From IMG/VR virus record IMGVR_UViG_3300037067_021792: a stretch of 64,000 bases of DNA. One strand, given 5' to 3'. This document shows positions 49,594-59,710 of the stretch, one piece after another; within the stretch, counting starts at the first letter, position 1, and the number at the start of each line of letters is the position of its first letter. The DNA is from a virus (lineage: Duplodnaviria > Caudoviricetes). A program made the position numbers and the translations under genes. The notes beneath the pieces are model-generated. The model worked only from the letters and a program-made list of their open reading frames with translations. It was not told the origin of the DNA and made no database searches.

Positions 49594-50106
49594 TTATCTG
49601 AACATGATGAATTTGTGTGTTGATTTAAAATCGTTCCAAAGTTTTTTGACTCCACTATTATCGGAATATGCCCGAAACACATCCATAATAATAGCGTGAG
49701 TTCGTTCTGCTGCTTGTGACAATTCCATTAATAATTGTATATCACTTAACCTGATATGTTTAATAGAGTTACAACTTAAAATAAGTAGATGATCACCGGG
49801 AAAAAATTCGTTGTGCTGATGTTTGAAATTTTCTTTTTGATGTCCGGGGGTGATAACGATAGCACTTCTTTCGTGGGCAATTAAATGTGTTAATAAAGTT
49901 GAACCAGTTCCCCTTGGAATTTGGAATTGCAAAGTTTGTTCATCTTCTACTATATATTCTGAAAGTGGCTTATAATCATCCAGGAAGCTGTCAATAACAT
50001 TTTTAATATGCACGAGAAACGGGGATACTTCTGATAGGTTGGGGAAATTCTGATATGAGTTTTCTTTATCTGTCATTTGGGACATCTCCCACAAATCTGC
50101 GGACAT
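49594..50106 (-). CDS. Hypothetical protein with degenerate P-loop-like motif
   Basis: IPRGTGST and IIMD. Confidence 0.45.
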   Translation of the reverse strand: MSADLWEMSQMTDKENSYQNFPNLSEVSPFLVHIKNVIDSFLDDYKPLSEYIVEDEQTLQFQIPRGTGSTLLTHLIAHERSAIVITPGHQKENFKHQHNEFFPGDHLLILSCNSIKHIRLSDIQLLMELSQAAERTHAIIMDVFRAYSDNSGVKKLWNDFKSTHKFIMFR

Positions 50107-50158
50107 CTCCGCTTCTGCAATATTATACAGCGTATTTTTGATTTTTCAAGAAAATTTC

Positions 50159-50186
50159 TTGACATCTGCCAGAAACCCGATATACT
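50159..50186 (+). promoter_or_regulatory. sigma70-like promoter
   Basis: TTGACA-N16-TATACT; implies the ORF starts near GTG 50219. Confidence 0.7.
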
Positions 50187-50218
50187 GTGGTACCGAATGG
50201 GACAGGATTGGAGAAATC

Positions 50219-50761
50219 GTGTCGATATCAGTTCAAAAACCAAAGAAGTGTGCTTGCCCAGAAATTGGTGAAATTCTTTATGGGCAGGAGTATATCAGTC
50301 GAATTGAATTTCCGACTAAGTTGTTAGATGGAAAGAGATTAGTAATACCGGAGTATGGTTACGGATGGGACGGGATTAAACATCTCAACATCGATGCCTG
50401 TAATCTACCTTCCGAAGTAAAATATGAGTGTCCGTGGACTCATAATAAATTTAATTGGATATATCCCATTGGGATTATTACAAGCGATGAGACTCGTTAC
50501 GGGTATGATCATGATGCAGAGAATATATGGGAAGGAAAACCCTGGCAGTGTCCTGAAATCTGTGAAGATAAAGAATGTGAAGTTGGATATACTGGCATAT
50601 CGGGATTTTTAACGAGTTCATTATATCTCTCATTTGTGGGACATGGATATACGGAATTTACTTTGCCGCATGATGGAAGTAGAGATTTGGTACTAGCTAC
50701 CGTGCCATTAGATAATGGCGATGAGCTGCTATGCTTGTGCTGGATTTGGTACAACAAATAG
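50219..50761 (+). CDS. Hypothetical protein
   Basis: GGAG SD before GTG; ends in TAG. Confidence 0.55.
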   Translation: MSISVQKPKKCACPEIGEILYGQEYISRIEFPTKLLDGKRLVIPEYGYGWDGIKHLNIDACNLPSEVKYECPWTHNKFNWIYPIGIITSDETRYGYDHDAENIWEGKPWQCPEICEDKECEVGYTGISGFLTSSLYLSFVGHGYTEFTLPHDGSRDLVLATVPLDNGDELLCLCWIWYNK

Positions 50762-51584
50762 ATGATGAAGAAAAACAAAAAGAATTTTAATGCTGATGAA
50801 GTTCTTAAAAGAACAGACGAAGAAACTCAGCTAGAGCTGCTTGATATGCTAATGGTGATGTATCCAGATGAATTAGAAGCAGCATTAGATGTTTATAATG
50901 GTGATGATCCTTTTCTCAGACGATTAGCGAGGTCAGTGGAATGAGCCTAAAAGACGAATTGCAATCTCAAATTTATAATGCGCAGCGGAAGCTGGCACTA
51001 TTAGAGCAATTTCCTGATTTGCATAAATATTCCGGAAGATGGGATAAATATTTGTGTAGTGAATTGGTCAATCCAATTGCTACTGGCGTTGACTTCGTTC
51101 ATAGTTGCGGATGTTGCTCTGATGCTGTTTTATATGCAATGCCCTATGTTGAAGTTGCTAAAGAACGGATTTATTCTGATCCCGCTCAAATTGCGATAGG
51201 TGAAAAATCTCCCAATGGGGGTGAAAGGTCCTGGCACAATTGGGCGGAAAAAATTAAGGATCATGGCTTACCCGGTGCGATTATTGAACAAATCAAGAAA
51301 ATGTTCGAAGAAAATCAAGAAAGAGATGAAGAAGATGACTTGTGATGAGCAACTTAATAAATGGCTTGCAGGAAATTCGGTTCACAATAACGATGGGTGT
51401 GACGAATGTTGTCCGGATTTTTCTTGTTGTCGGCCCGAGCTTTTAGCACCACTAGAAGAAAGGGAACATTTTGTGGTATCCAATGACTTAGAACGACAGC
51501 GTATGTTAATGATGTTTTTGGGTCGATTAATCTCAACTTCACCTAATAAAGTACATATCACTGGACCAGACAGAGAAGCGGAAG

Positions 51585-52065
51585 ATGAATAGTCGATATC
51601 TTGGAGAATGGCAAATATGGGAATGTTGTTATTGCCAATCTAAGAACTATGTTTACGATTATTTTAGCGGAGATGTAACAAGTGGCGAAGATACCGAAGC
51701 AATTAGATGCTGGAAGTGCGGGAAAGCAAGTTTTGTTGGCGACTCAGATGAGATGCGTGAGATGATAATTGATTTGCCAGACTCTCCGGACGAATGTTTG
51801 GGGTTGAAAGATGGCAAGGAGTTTCCGGATGGTTAGCCAATACTGTGGATCGTGGCATATGTTTAAATGCTGCCATTGCCAGTCAATTAATTATGTCGAA
51901 GATTATGATAACGAAGATGGAGAGGATATTAGGGCTATTAAATGCTGGAAATGTCAGAAAACAAGCTTTGTGAGTGAAATAAGTGAAATACTAATTGAGG
52001 CAGGCTTATATAAATCGCCAGATAATTGTTGTGTGGATGGTTCGGAGTTTCCGAAAAATGTCTGA
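51585..52065 (+). repeat. Two tandem paralogous Zn-ribbon ORFs (51585..51836, 51829..52065)
   Basis: Both read W-x3/4-CCxCQS-x-NYV-x-DY..ED..AI-x-CWKC-x-K-x-SFV..SPD-x-C..DG-x-EFP. Confidence 0.85.
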
Positions 52066-52243
52066 TATCAATTACTATGACTGTTTTCCGCCCGATAAAA
52101 CAATTCTAATGTATTAATGTCCTATTTGCACAGGTAATTTTGAGCAAACATTGATTGATGCACTTGATAATGGTAAACTTAAATGCGATCTTGGTTGTGA
52201 TTGTGAACTAGATCTTTTAGAAGTCAGGATTCAACATGTCTAA
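52058..52243 (+). pseudogene. Small Zn-ribbon ORF with internal TAA
   Basis: MSDINYY..LMY*CPICT..KCDLGC..QHV*; stop at 52115-52117. Confidence 0.55.
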
Positions 52244-52518
52244 TCTTGATAAACTTCCCAAAGATGCCATTGAGGGATTATCTCATTGGTTTCAAACATA
52301 TGGCAGGCGATTTAAAAGCGAAATTCTGGATGGTTGGAATAGAAATGTTGAAATGGGAGACTATCGAATTCAGATGGTGAGAAATATTATTGGTCCGTCC
52401 GGATTAATGTCTATATCTAGCACTAAATTAATTAAAACTGGAATATTATGTAAATGTTCGTCGTGTGTTACGGGTCGCGAACGAGATGAAATTTTTCGAA
52501 GATTAAAGGAAATTCAAA

Positions 52519-53022
52519 ATGAGCATTCAGGTTAAATCGGGTTCTGCGACCAACCTAGAGCCCCATGTAATTCTTGGACACGTTTGTAACTCTGCCGGAG
52601 GATGGGGAGCTGGCTTTGTTTTATCGGTAAACAATATTTCATCTGTTCCGAAAGCAGCATATAAAGCTCTATACCAAGATAATCAACTCTCATTAGGATT
52701 TACTCAATTCGTTGAAATTAAGCCCACAATTTTTGTTGCTAATATGATCGCTCAGGATGGATATGCCCGTAATCACGCTGATGGTTGTGCCTTAGATTAT
52801 GAAGCATTAAAATCATGTCTTAAAACTCTTTTTGCCCGCGCAATTAAATTGGGGTACAAAGTTTATTTTCCTGCCGGTATGGGATCAACTCTAGCTGGTG
52901 GAAAAAGAGAAACGGTTCACGAAATTATTAAAGAAACAGCAGAATTAATTGAACAGAAATTCGGCGGGGAATTAGATGTAACATTGTGGGAGTTTGACCC
53001 CAAAACAGAGGACACAAAATGA
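52519..53022 (+). CDS. Macrodomain protein (Poa1p/TARG1-like clade)
   Basis: HVCNSAGGWGAGF, FVANMIAQ, DYEAL, GMGSTLAGG. Confidence 0.85.
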   Translation: MSIQVKSGSATNLEPHVILGHVCNSAGGWGAGFVLSVNNISSVPKAAYKALYQDNQLSLGFTQFVEIKPTIFVANMIAQDGYARNHADGCALDYEALKSCLKTLFARAIKLGYKVYFPAGMGSTLAGGKRETVHEIIKETAELIEQKFGGELDVTLWEFDPKTEDTK

Positions 53023-53329
53023 CGTTGGCAGAGAAAAAATTGCTACGGCTGACCAAGGTTAAGATGATAGGATGCACAGAGATAACCTTAAAGGATCGTG
53101 GATTTTCTGTGGGATATGCAGGCAATATGGGATCGAGCGTTAAGGATCTTAATGATGATCTAAAATTACTTACCGGTCTTAAAGATAGTGTTAATTTTTG
53201 GAAAAATCACGAAATGATTAAATCGTTTAAAGAAACGGGAGATTATGGTTATTATTACAGTATCACTTTTTATCTAAAAAATAGAGGGAAGAAGACTAGC
53301 ACTAAATAAGAATTTTTCTGCAAATCTAC

Positions 53330-53357
53330 TTGACTTCCCTCAGGTCTGTGGTATAGT
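53330..53357 (+). promoter_or_regulatory. sigma70-like promoter
   Basis: TTGACT-N16-TATAGT. Confidence 0.65.
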
Positions 53358-53396
53358 AGTGGTAGACGAACAAGTCTTTGAGAAAAGGAACAAAAA

Positions 53397-54023
53397 ATGG
53401 CCAAGAGCAAAGCACTTGACTTACTGAATCAGGCTTCAACTGCCAAGTCAGCAACAAGCAAGAAATCCAGCATTCCATCTTGCAAGGCTTCACCTGCAAT
53501 TGAAGCAGCAATGGCAGATTTTGCCACTGCCAAAACAGATGAAGATAACGCGAAGGCTCGGCGGGCCGATGCGGAGTCAAGAATGGTCGGTGAATCTCAA
53601 CGATTGCGGCTGGAGCACTGCAAGAAAGATGGCACTCTTTATAATTCTATTAAGCTGGCAGGATCAACAAATACTCTGACTTTTACCCAAAAGAATCAAT
53701 GTAAGAAGATTTCTACCGCAGATTGTGAACCCAAGATTCGCTCAATTGTTGGGAATGATGATATATTTGATAAATATTTTGATGTTAAAAATAGTTATGC
53801 CATTGATGTTGATGCCCTAATGGCACTACCTGATGCAGACGAAATTGCGGCTGCTTTGGCGACTGCTTTGGGCAACAATTCGCATATCCTAAAGCACGAA
53901 TCTGTTATTGTTCCGAAGGAAGACTTTTATCATGACAGGATTTTTGATAAGAATACTGAACGGATGGCAGTTGCCCTAGAAAATGATGGGCTAGTTGTCC
54001 CGTTTAAGCCATCATTTAAGTAG
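53397..54023 (+). CDS. Hypothetical protein, monocistronic
   Basis: Own promoter, SD and terminator. Confidence 0.75.
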   Translation: MAKSKALDLLNQASTAKSATSKKSSIPSCKASPAIEAAMADFATAKTDEDNAKARRADAESRMVGESQRLRLEHCKKDGTLYNSIKLAGSTNTLTFTQKNQCKKISTADCEPKIRSIVGNDDIFDKYFDVKNSYAIDVDALMALPDADEIAAALATALGNNSHILKHESVIVPKEDFYHDRIFDKNTERMAVALENDGLVVPFKPSFK

Positions 54024-54031
54024 ATCAACAA

Positions 54032-54070
54032 ATGAGCAATCTGTCCTAGGGCAGATTGCTCATAGTTTTT
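54032..54070. terminator. Hairpin terminator between convergent genes
   Basis: ATGAGCAATCTGTCC-TA-GGGCAGATTGCTCAT followed by T-run. Confidence 0.8.
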
Positions 54071-54090
54071 GTGGGTGGAGCGTTCCGAAA

Positions 54091-54663
54091 TTAATCGTTA
54101 TCTACGTTTGCGCCACGATTTGTATAGGTAATCTTTGTTGTATTGGTAACTGTGGCACCACTGCTTGTATCAACAACACTAGTTGTATCGGAATATCCGT
54201 AATCGGAAGTATTGTCAACGGCGGCACCCTCATTGGTTTCTGTAACAGTGGCCTTGGCACTATTCGTAACTGTAATTGTTTTGCTGCCCTTCTTTGCGGC
54301 GCTGGTTTTCAAATTGTCAGACAATTGGGTAATGGCGTCCGGGGTTTGATACCTTTTGTCTCTGGTCTTAAAATTTGACCAACTGCTCCATGCTGCTGTG
54401 CCTTGTCTGACTTTAACCCGAAAATCAGTTCTGAAAGGCAGAATAATATGTAGGGTTGCTTCGCTTAACTTGACAACTTGGGACATTTGGGATATATCAG
54501 CATTAGATTTGATGCTTACTATTGTCTGGTGATCATCTAGCCGCTGAATTTCATACGTAATGATTCCGCTTGTAAATCCAGAATTAATAATTGTAGCGTC
54601 TGCGTCTGTACTTCCAACTAAATCTCGATTAGGATTATCTTGAACGCTGATTGTAATTGCCAT
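54091..54663 (-). CDS. FN3/Ig-like, Thr-rich probable virion protein
   Basis: FRVKVR..WSSWSNFKT motif; AGGAG SD; AAGGA-N17-GAATAT upstream. Confidence 0.55.
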   Translation of the reverse strand: MAITISVQDNPNRDLVGSTDADATIINSGFTSGIITYEIQRLDDHQTIVSIKSNADISQMSQVVKLSEATLHIILPFRTDFRVKVRQGTAAWSSWSNFKTRDKRYQTPDAITQLSDNLKTSAAKKGSKTITVTNSAKATVTETNEGAAVDNTSDYGYSDTTSVVDTSSGATVTNTTKITYTNRGANVDND

Positions 54664-54749
54664 TTTTTAGCTCTCCTGTAAAATAGACATTCTAAATATT
54701 CGTCTAAATTTTACTGCCTCCTTTAATTTCCGCACAAAATTTCTTTGGC

Positions 54750-54777
54750 TTGACTTTTGGCGTACTTGGAGTATAAT
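54750..54777 (+). promoter_or_regulatory. sigma70-like promoter, leaderless start
   Basis: TTGACT-N16-TATAAT with ATG 6 nt downstream. Confidence 0.7.
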
Positions 54778-55083
54778 TGAGGCATGGCAAACAATGTCGA
54801 TAGTACAGAATCTGTGGCGTTCTCCGAGAAGGAAACCGTTAATGCACAACTCGTATTAAGGTATACCAATCAAGACTTTATAAAAAAACTCCAACTGTCC
54901 GTAAGAGGAGCATTTGTGGGTTCTTATGATTGGGGAAGAATGGATATTAAATATCTTTATTGCGAGAAATCCGTCCCGAGATTTCGTGTGAATTGGTGGG
55001 ATTGGAATGGAGATAAAATATTGGTATCAAAATTTATAACTGTAACAGAAAAAGATGATGATCTATTAGTTGGAGTGAAGTAA

Positions 55084-55338
55084 ATGAGTAAACTGGACAC
55101 GCTGCCCCAATGGAGTGTTATTCTAGATGGGGATAAAAATAAAAATATTCCGGCACCTGCCCTAATCAAAAAAATATCAGATGTGCTTTTGCTGAGTCCC
55201 GACCAAATTAAGCAAAAAATCGAAGAACCTAATGCAGAATTGGTAACGACTCATTATGAAAAAGCAGAATTAATTCAATTTCTTCTGAAAAAAGTAAAGG
55301 TTAAATCGGTTCTCAAGCGACAGGAGTCTGTTCGATGA
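55084..55338 (+). CDS. ClpS-like adaptor, divergent
   Basis: LPQWSVILDGD and LVTTHYEKAEL resemble ClpS strand 1 and the ClpA-binding helix. Confidence 0.5.
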   Translation: MSKLDTLPQWSVILDGDKNKNIPAPALIKKISDVLLLSPDQIKQKIEEPNAELVTTHYEKAELIQFLLKKVKVKSVLKRQESVR

Positions 55339-55907
55339 ATGTAATGGTTGTTGACATGATAGAAGGTTTTGCTCGGCAGGGAGCCCTTTCGAGCCCCCGG
55401 GTAGCTGCTCTAATACCTAAACAGGTTCATTTTTTGGAACAAGTTCCTTCTGATACACTCGTGGTGTTTCTGGCAGATGTCCACGAAGATTCAGACCATG
55501 AACTAGAGAAGCTACCGAAACATTGTATGGCAGGCACAAAAGAATCTGAAGTTTGTCCAGAACTGCTCAAGGTTTGTAAGGATAGGGAATTAGATTACAT
55601 TATTATTCCCAAGCAAACTTGGAGTGGGTTTTTTGATCCGCCTTTAAAGGATGGGTTAGATGATTTGTCTTCCGATAAAGATTGGGTTGTAATGGGGTGT
55701 GTGACAGATATCTGTGTATCAGCCAACGTTTTTGAGCTTCTATATCGTGGCAAAGATGTAACAGTATTACGAGATTGTGTTGATACTTATGATATGCCTG
55801 GACATGATGCTGAGTTAATAAACAAAACATTTTTTGATAATGTATTTCCATCTCTTGGAGCCAGAGTTGTTGATTCAGACGATTATTACCCTGATAACCA
55901 CGCGTGA
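55335..55907 (+). CDS. pncA: Nicotinamidase / isochorismatase family
   Basis: VVDMIEGF, DVH, HC-x2-GT, K, GCVTDICV catalytic motif. Confidence 0.8.
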   Translation: MNVMVVDMIEGFARQGALSSPRVAALIPKQVHFLEQVPSDTLVVFLADVHEDSDHELEKLPKHCMAGTKESEVCPELLKVCKDRELDYIIIPKQTWSGFFDPPLKDGLDDLSSDKDWVVMGCVTDICVSANVFELLYRGKDVTVLRDCVDTYDMPGHDAELINKTFFDNVFPSLGARVVDSDDYYPDNHA

Positions 55908-55988
55908 TGGGGATTTTGAGAAGATGACCGAACGATTCATGGACAAATATCGTGCCTCTGGTCGTACCGATCCGTTTGCGAGAGCCAT

Positions 55989-56255
55989 ATGAAACCGACA
56001 ACCCGAAATTGTCCAGAATGTGATGGAACTGGACGTTGCAGCTACGCTCCCGGGAAATGCTATTTTTGTCGCGGTAAAAAGAAGATTAATTCTGATTTTA
56101 TTAAATGGACCCGATCCAGAGAAAGATACGCCAACAGAATATACAATAAAATTGAATCCAATATGGCAACACTACGACAGCAACTAATAGACGAGTGTAT
56201 GTCTGGTTGGGAACATGCCAATCCTAAGCCAAGCAAATTTTCTTCAAAGGATTGA
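55989..56255 (+). CDS. DnaJ-type Zn-finger protein
   Basis: CPECDGTG and CYFCRG. Confidence 0.6.
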   Translation: MKPTTRNCPECDGTGRCSYAPGKCYFCRGKKKINSDFIKWTRSRERYANRIYNKIESNMATLRQQLIDECMSGWEHANPKPSKFSSKD

Positions 56256-56869
56256 AAATGCTTTCTTTCCGGTTTCCTGACAAGCCAACTCGGATAGACT
56301 CTAGTTTTGTGCTTGGAATACGAGAAAATGAGTGGCTATGTCAAGGTAAATATGATGGATGGCGCTGTCAAATCTATCAAGATAATGGGCAATTAAATTT
56401 TTTTAGCAGAATCGGTAATAATTTGCCGTCAAAAACCAAGTTTCCGCAGCAGATTGTCGATACTGTTAAGGCATTAAATCTACCCGATGGCACTGTTTTG
56501 GACAGTGAGTTTGTTGGTCCTAGAGGCAGAACACCGCCACAATTATATCTATTTGACTGTCTAGCATTGGAAGGGCAATGGTTAGTTAAACAGCACTTCA
56601 TCGAGAGATGGAAGACGGTTAATCGATTGTATGAATTAATCAGGAATAACTCCCACGTTTGTTTAGCCGAAACAGTAGAGTGCGATTTTTTAAATTATTT
56701 TGAGAAATTAAGGCAGCAGTGGTTGGATAATAGGGATTTTAAGTTGTTCGAGGGTGTTGTAATCAAACGAAAAACCGGAAGCCTGATATTAAATAGAAGT
56801 TCTTGTGCTAAGTCGATTCATATGTTTAAATTGAAATATCGTGAAAATGATGAAGGTAAAAAGTACTAG
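56252..56869 (+). CDS. ATP-dependent ligase, adenylation domain only
   Basis: KYDGWR, LDSE, LFD, EGVVIK, FKLK; ends before any OB domain. Confidence 0.8.
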   Translation: MKMLSFRFPDKPTRIDSSFVLGIRENEWLCQGKYDGWRCQIYQDNGQLNFFSRIGNNLPSKTKFPQQIVDTVKALNLPDGTVLDSEFVGPRGRTPPQLYLFDCLALEGQWLVKQHFIERWKTVNRLYELIRNNSHVCLAETVECDFLNYFEKLRQQWLDNRDFKLFEGVVIKRKTGSLILNRSSCAKSIHMFKLKYRENDEGKKY

Positions 56870-56880
56870 GGAGATTGTCC

Positions 56881-57588
56881 ATGAGTATGACTTACTACAA
56901 AATCACGAACAAAACCGAAACACATCACGGTCTTAAATACAAGACAGGATTAAACGTAGACCCTCTACCTTTCAATCCTCGTGGAGATTGTACTCCAGGT
57001 GGCATTTATTACACTGATGCCGAGAATATTCTATATTTCCTTGACTATGGTCCCTGGATCAGAGAGGTTATACTACCCAAAGACGCTCAAGTTTATCAAA
57101 ATCATGGCTTACCTAAGAAATGGAAAGCAGATAAAGTCAAACTAGGACCACGTCATAAGTGGTGTAGCCTGGAGATTATTAAAAAGCTTATCAAAGAAGG
57201 TGCTGACATACACATCGATGATGATTATGTTTTGAGATTGGCCGCTGAAAGTGGTCATCTAGATGTGGTTAAATATTTGATTAAAAATGGTGCGGATATA
57301 CATGCTAGGGATGATTATGCTTTAGGATGGGCTGTTAGCAATGATTATCTAGATGTGGTTAAATACTTGATTAAAAATGGCGCTGATATACATGCTAGGG
57401 ATGATTGTGCTTTGCGATATGCTGCTAGCAATGGTCATCTAAGTGTAGTAAAATATCTCGTAGAAAAGGGTGCTGATATACACGCCGTGGATGATTGGGC
57501 TTTTCAGTGGGCTGCTATCAGGGGTCATATGGATATAGTAGAATTTTTATCAACTGTCAGTGAGAATGCTAGACTAGGATGGCGGTAG
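56881..57588 (+). CDS. Ankyrin-repeat protein with Mimiviridae-like N-terminal domain
   Basis: Four GADIH..DYAL..NGHL.VVKYL repeats; N-terminal YYKITN..HHG..GLN..GGIYYT..KWKA. Confidence 0.85.
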   Translation: MSMTYYKITNKTETHHGLKYKTGLNVDPLPFNPRGDCTPGGIYYTDAENILYFLDYGPWIREVILPKDAQVYQNHGLPKKWKADKVKLGPRHKWCSLEIIKKLIKEGADIHIDDDYVLRLAAESGHLDVVKYLIKNGADIHARDDYALGWAVSNDYLDVVKYLIKNGADIHARDDCALRYAASNGHLSVVKYLVEKGADIHAVDDWAFQWAAIRGHMDIVEFLSTVSENARLGWR

Positions 57589-58014
57589 CAGAAGTGGCTG
57601 ATCCTTCTCTGTTTCTCCTAGTTTTAATCCATCTTGTGAAAGAGACAAACCAAGCTGGTCTACGACATTGCATAGATATATACAAGCCTGAACATCTGCC
57701 TCGTTGGGTTCTGTCCATTCCTGAAGCTGAAGCGCCGATTTAGCAGGATCGATGGAGCACTGATAGCATTCTTCGCTCATTTTTTTACCGAACAAGACAC
57801 CAGGCTGATTGAGGGAGACAGATGTTCCTAAAATTCTGCGCCTGGCATGTTCATATTTAAAAAGGGCAATGAACGATTCTTTGAATAATGATCCGAGTTC
57901 ATCGATATTGTCTATGATGAAATCTAATTGTTCTCGAACTTCTTGTTGCACTAGATTCCACCAATTGGCGGATATTAGTGCTAGTTTGATCGAATTAATT
58001 TTATGCTGTTCCAC
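57574..58014 (-). CDS. Hypothetical protein
   Basis: 146 aa with GTATAAT upstream. Confidence 0.6.
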   Translation of the reverse strand: MEQHKINSIKLALISANWWNLVQQEVREQLDFIIDNIDELGSLFKESFIALFKYEHARRRILGTSVSLNQPGVLFGKKMSEECYQCSIDPAKSALQLQEWTEPNEADVQACIYLCNVVDQLGLSLSQDGLKLGETEKDQPLLLPPS

Positions 58015-58219
58015 GTCTACATTATACCTTTTTCTTTTGACTTTTGGGATTAATGCGATTAGAATAATTTAAAGGAGAAAAAATGAATTCTTGTGTCGGT
58101 ATTTCAATAACGCTCGGCGCTTTTTTGTTGTTCCTGTCTCTTGCTCATATGGGAGATCAATTATCGATTATTGCGAAGCATCTGGAAAATATCTTGGAGC
58201 AACTGAAATTGAGGAAGCT

Positions 58220-58885
58220 GTGAAAATCGATGTTTCGCAGAAATTATCTCCAGCAAACAAGAGAAGCATAGTTTTGTTCGGCGGCGCTTTTGACCCTCCA
58301 ACCCTGGCGCACTTAGCGGTTGCAAAATTTGTGTTGAACTCGAATTATGGAATAGATCAGGTATGGTTTACTCCGTGTTATAGGCATCGTTATAACAAAA
58401 ATATGGCACCATGTGAAGATCGTTTAGCCATGTGCCAATTGATGTTAGATGATAATCGGATAAAAGTATTTGATTATGAAATTAAAAACCGCCTGCGAGA
58501 TGGAACATACGATTTTATCAAGAGATTATTAGAAGAACAACAATTTATTCAAGATAAATACAATTTATCTTTGCTTATTGGAATGGATAATGCTAACACT
58601 TTTGATAGATGGGTCAATTCTGAAGAGCTTAAGAAGCTAATACGATTTATAGTAGTTCCGCGTGCGAGTGAAAGTCCTAATCCGAAAGTGGATTGGTATT
58701 TAAAACCGCCGCATATCTTTTTGCAGTCAGATAAACAATTGCCACATATATCATCTACTGATGTCAGAAAATTTACTTTTCGTCGGTATGTTGGAACACC
58801 GAGTTGTGAGGCTGATGTTCTTAGGATGATAAATCCCAATGTTTGGGAATACATTCAGTCTCACGGGCTGTATCAAAATCAATAG
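58220..58885 (+). CDS. nadD: Nicotinate-nucleotide adenylyltransferase
   Basis: LFGGAFDPPTLAH, LIGMD, W, ISSTDVR, YIQSHGLY; GTG 58220 after GAGG. Confidence 0.9.
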   Translation: MKIDVSQKLSPANKRSIVLFGGAFDPPTLAHLAVAKFVLNSNYGIDQVWFTPCYRHRYNKNMAPCEDRLAMCQLMLDDNRIKVFDYEIKNRLRDGTYDFIKRLLEEQQFIQDKYNLSLLIGMDNANTFDRWVNSEELKKLIRFIVVPRASESPNPKVDWYLKPPHIFLQSDKQLPHISSTDVRKFTFRRYVGTPSCEADVLRMINPNVWEYIQSHGLYQNQ

Positions 58886-58898
58886 TAAAGGAATTGAA

Positions 58899-59369
58899 AT
58901 GGACGAGTATGACAGTGCCGCTGATACTGCTGCCCATATAGCAGAAGTAGCTAAGAATCTCTCAATCTTTGTATCAGAATTAGTTAATCGAGCAGGTAGT
59001 CATGATAAAAGTAAGTTTGGCGTGGAAGAAAAATCTGCCTTTGATAAAATTACTCCGCTATTGAAAAATACTACTTATGGTTCGGATGGGTATAAAGCAG
59101 CACTAAAAGAACAAAAACCTGCCATTGATCATCACTATCAAAATAATCCACATCATCCAGAGCATTATAAAAACGGTATTTGCGATATGAATTTGGTAGA
59201 CTTATTAGAAATGTTAGCAGATTGGTTCGCTGCCACCAAAAGACATGCCAACGGCGACATTTTGAAAAGTCTTGAAATTAATACTGATCGATTTGAGATA
59301 GGAGCACAATTACACTGGATACTTGAAAACACAATTAGAGAATTCTTTTTGGAGAAAACAAATGATTGA
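58899..59369 (+). CDS. HD-domain protein (DUF5662-like)
   Basis: H..HDKSKF..HHYQNNPHHPEHY..EMLADW. Confidence 0.8.
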   Translation: MDEYDSAADTAAHIAEVAKNLSIFVSELVNRAGSHDKSKFGVEEKSAFDKITPLLKNTTYGSDGYKAALKEQKPAIDHHYQNNPHHPEHYKNGICDMNLVDLLEMLADWFAATKRHANGDILKSLEINTDRFEIGAQLHWILENTIREFFLEKTND

Positions 59370-59654
59370 TCCTGCTCAATTACCTGATGCTAAAAACCCC
59401 GACACTGCTATGCTAAAGTTTCATATCTCTTGTTTAGAGAATGAAATGTTAGCCTATAGAATTTTTGATGTAAATAGCGTCATTAGTCAGATGTTGTTGT
59501 GTTCTAATAAAGATAAAGACGAGCAAGAAAAAAATCGAAAGAATCAGCAATTAATTGAAGAATGGCTAAAGACTGCTAAGGCAGAACTTGAAGCTCGGGC
59601 AGATAAGGGCACTGCTTGTATTGAGGTAGAACTAAAAGATTAGGTCCTAATTGC

Positions 59655-59682
59655 TTGACATCTTTAGGATTTGTGGTATACT
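59655..59682 (+). promoter_or_regulatory. sigma70-like promoter of PARP
   Basis: TTGACA-N16-TATACT. Confidence 0.75.
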
Positions 59683-59710
59683 TCAGTAGAACCGTGACAG
59701 GAGATGCACA

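Noticed and set aside
49579-50160. CIRCE/HrcA operator for groES-groEL
   Set aside because: No TTAGCACTC-N9-GAGTGCTAA seen
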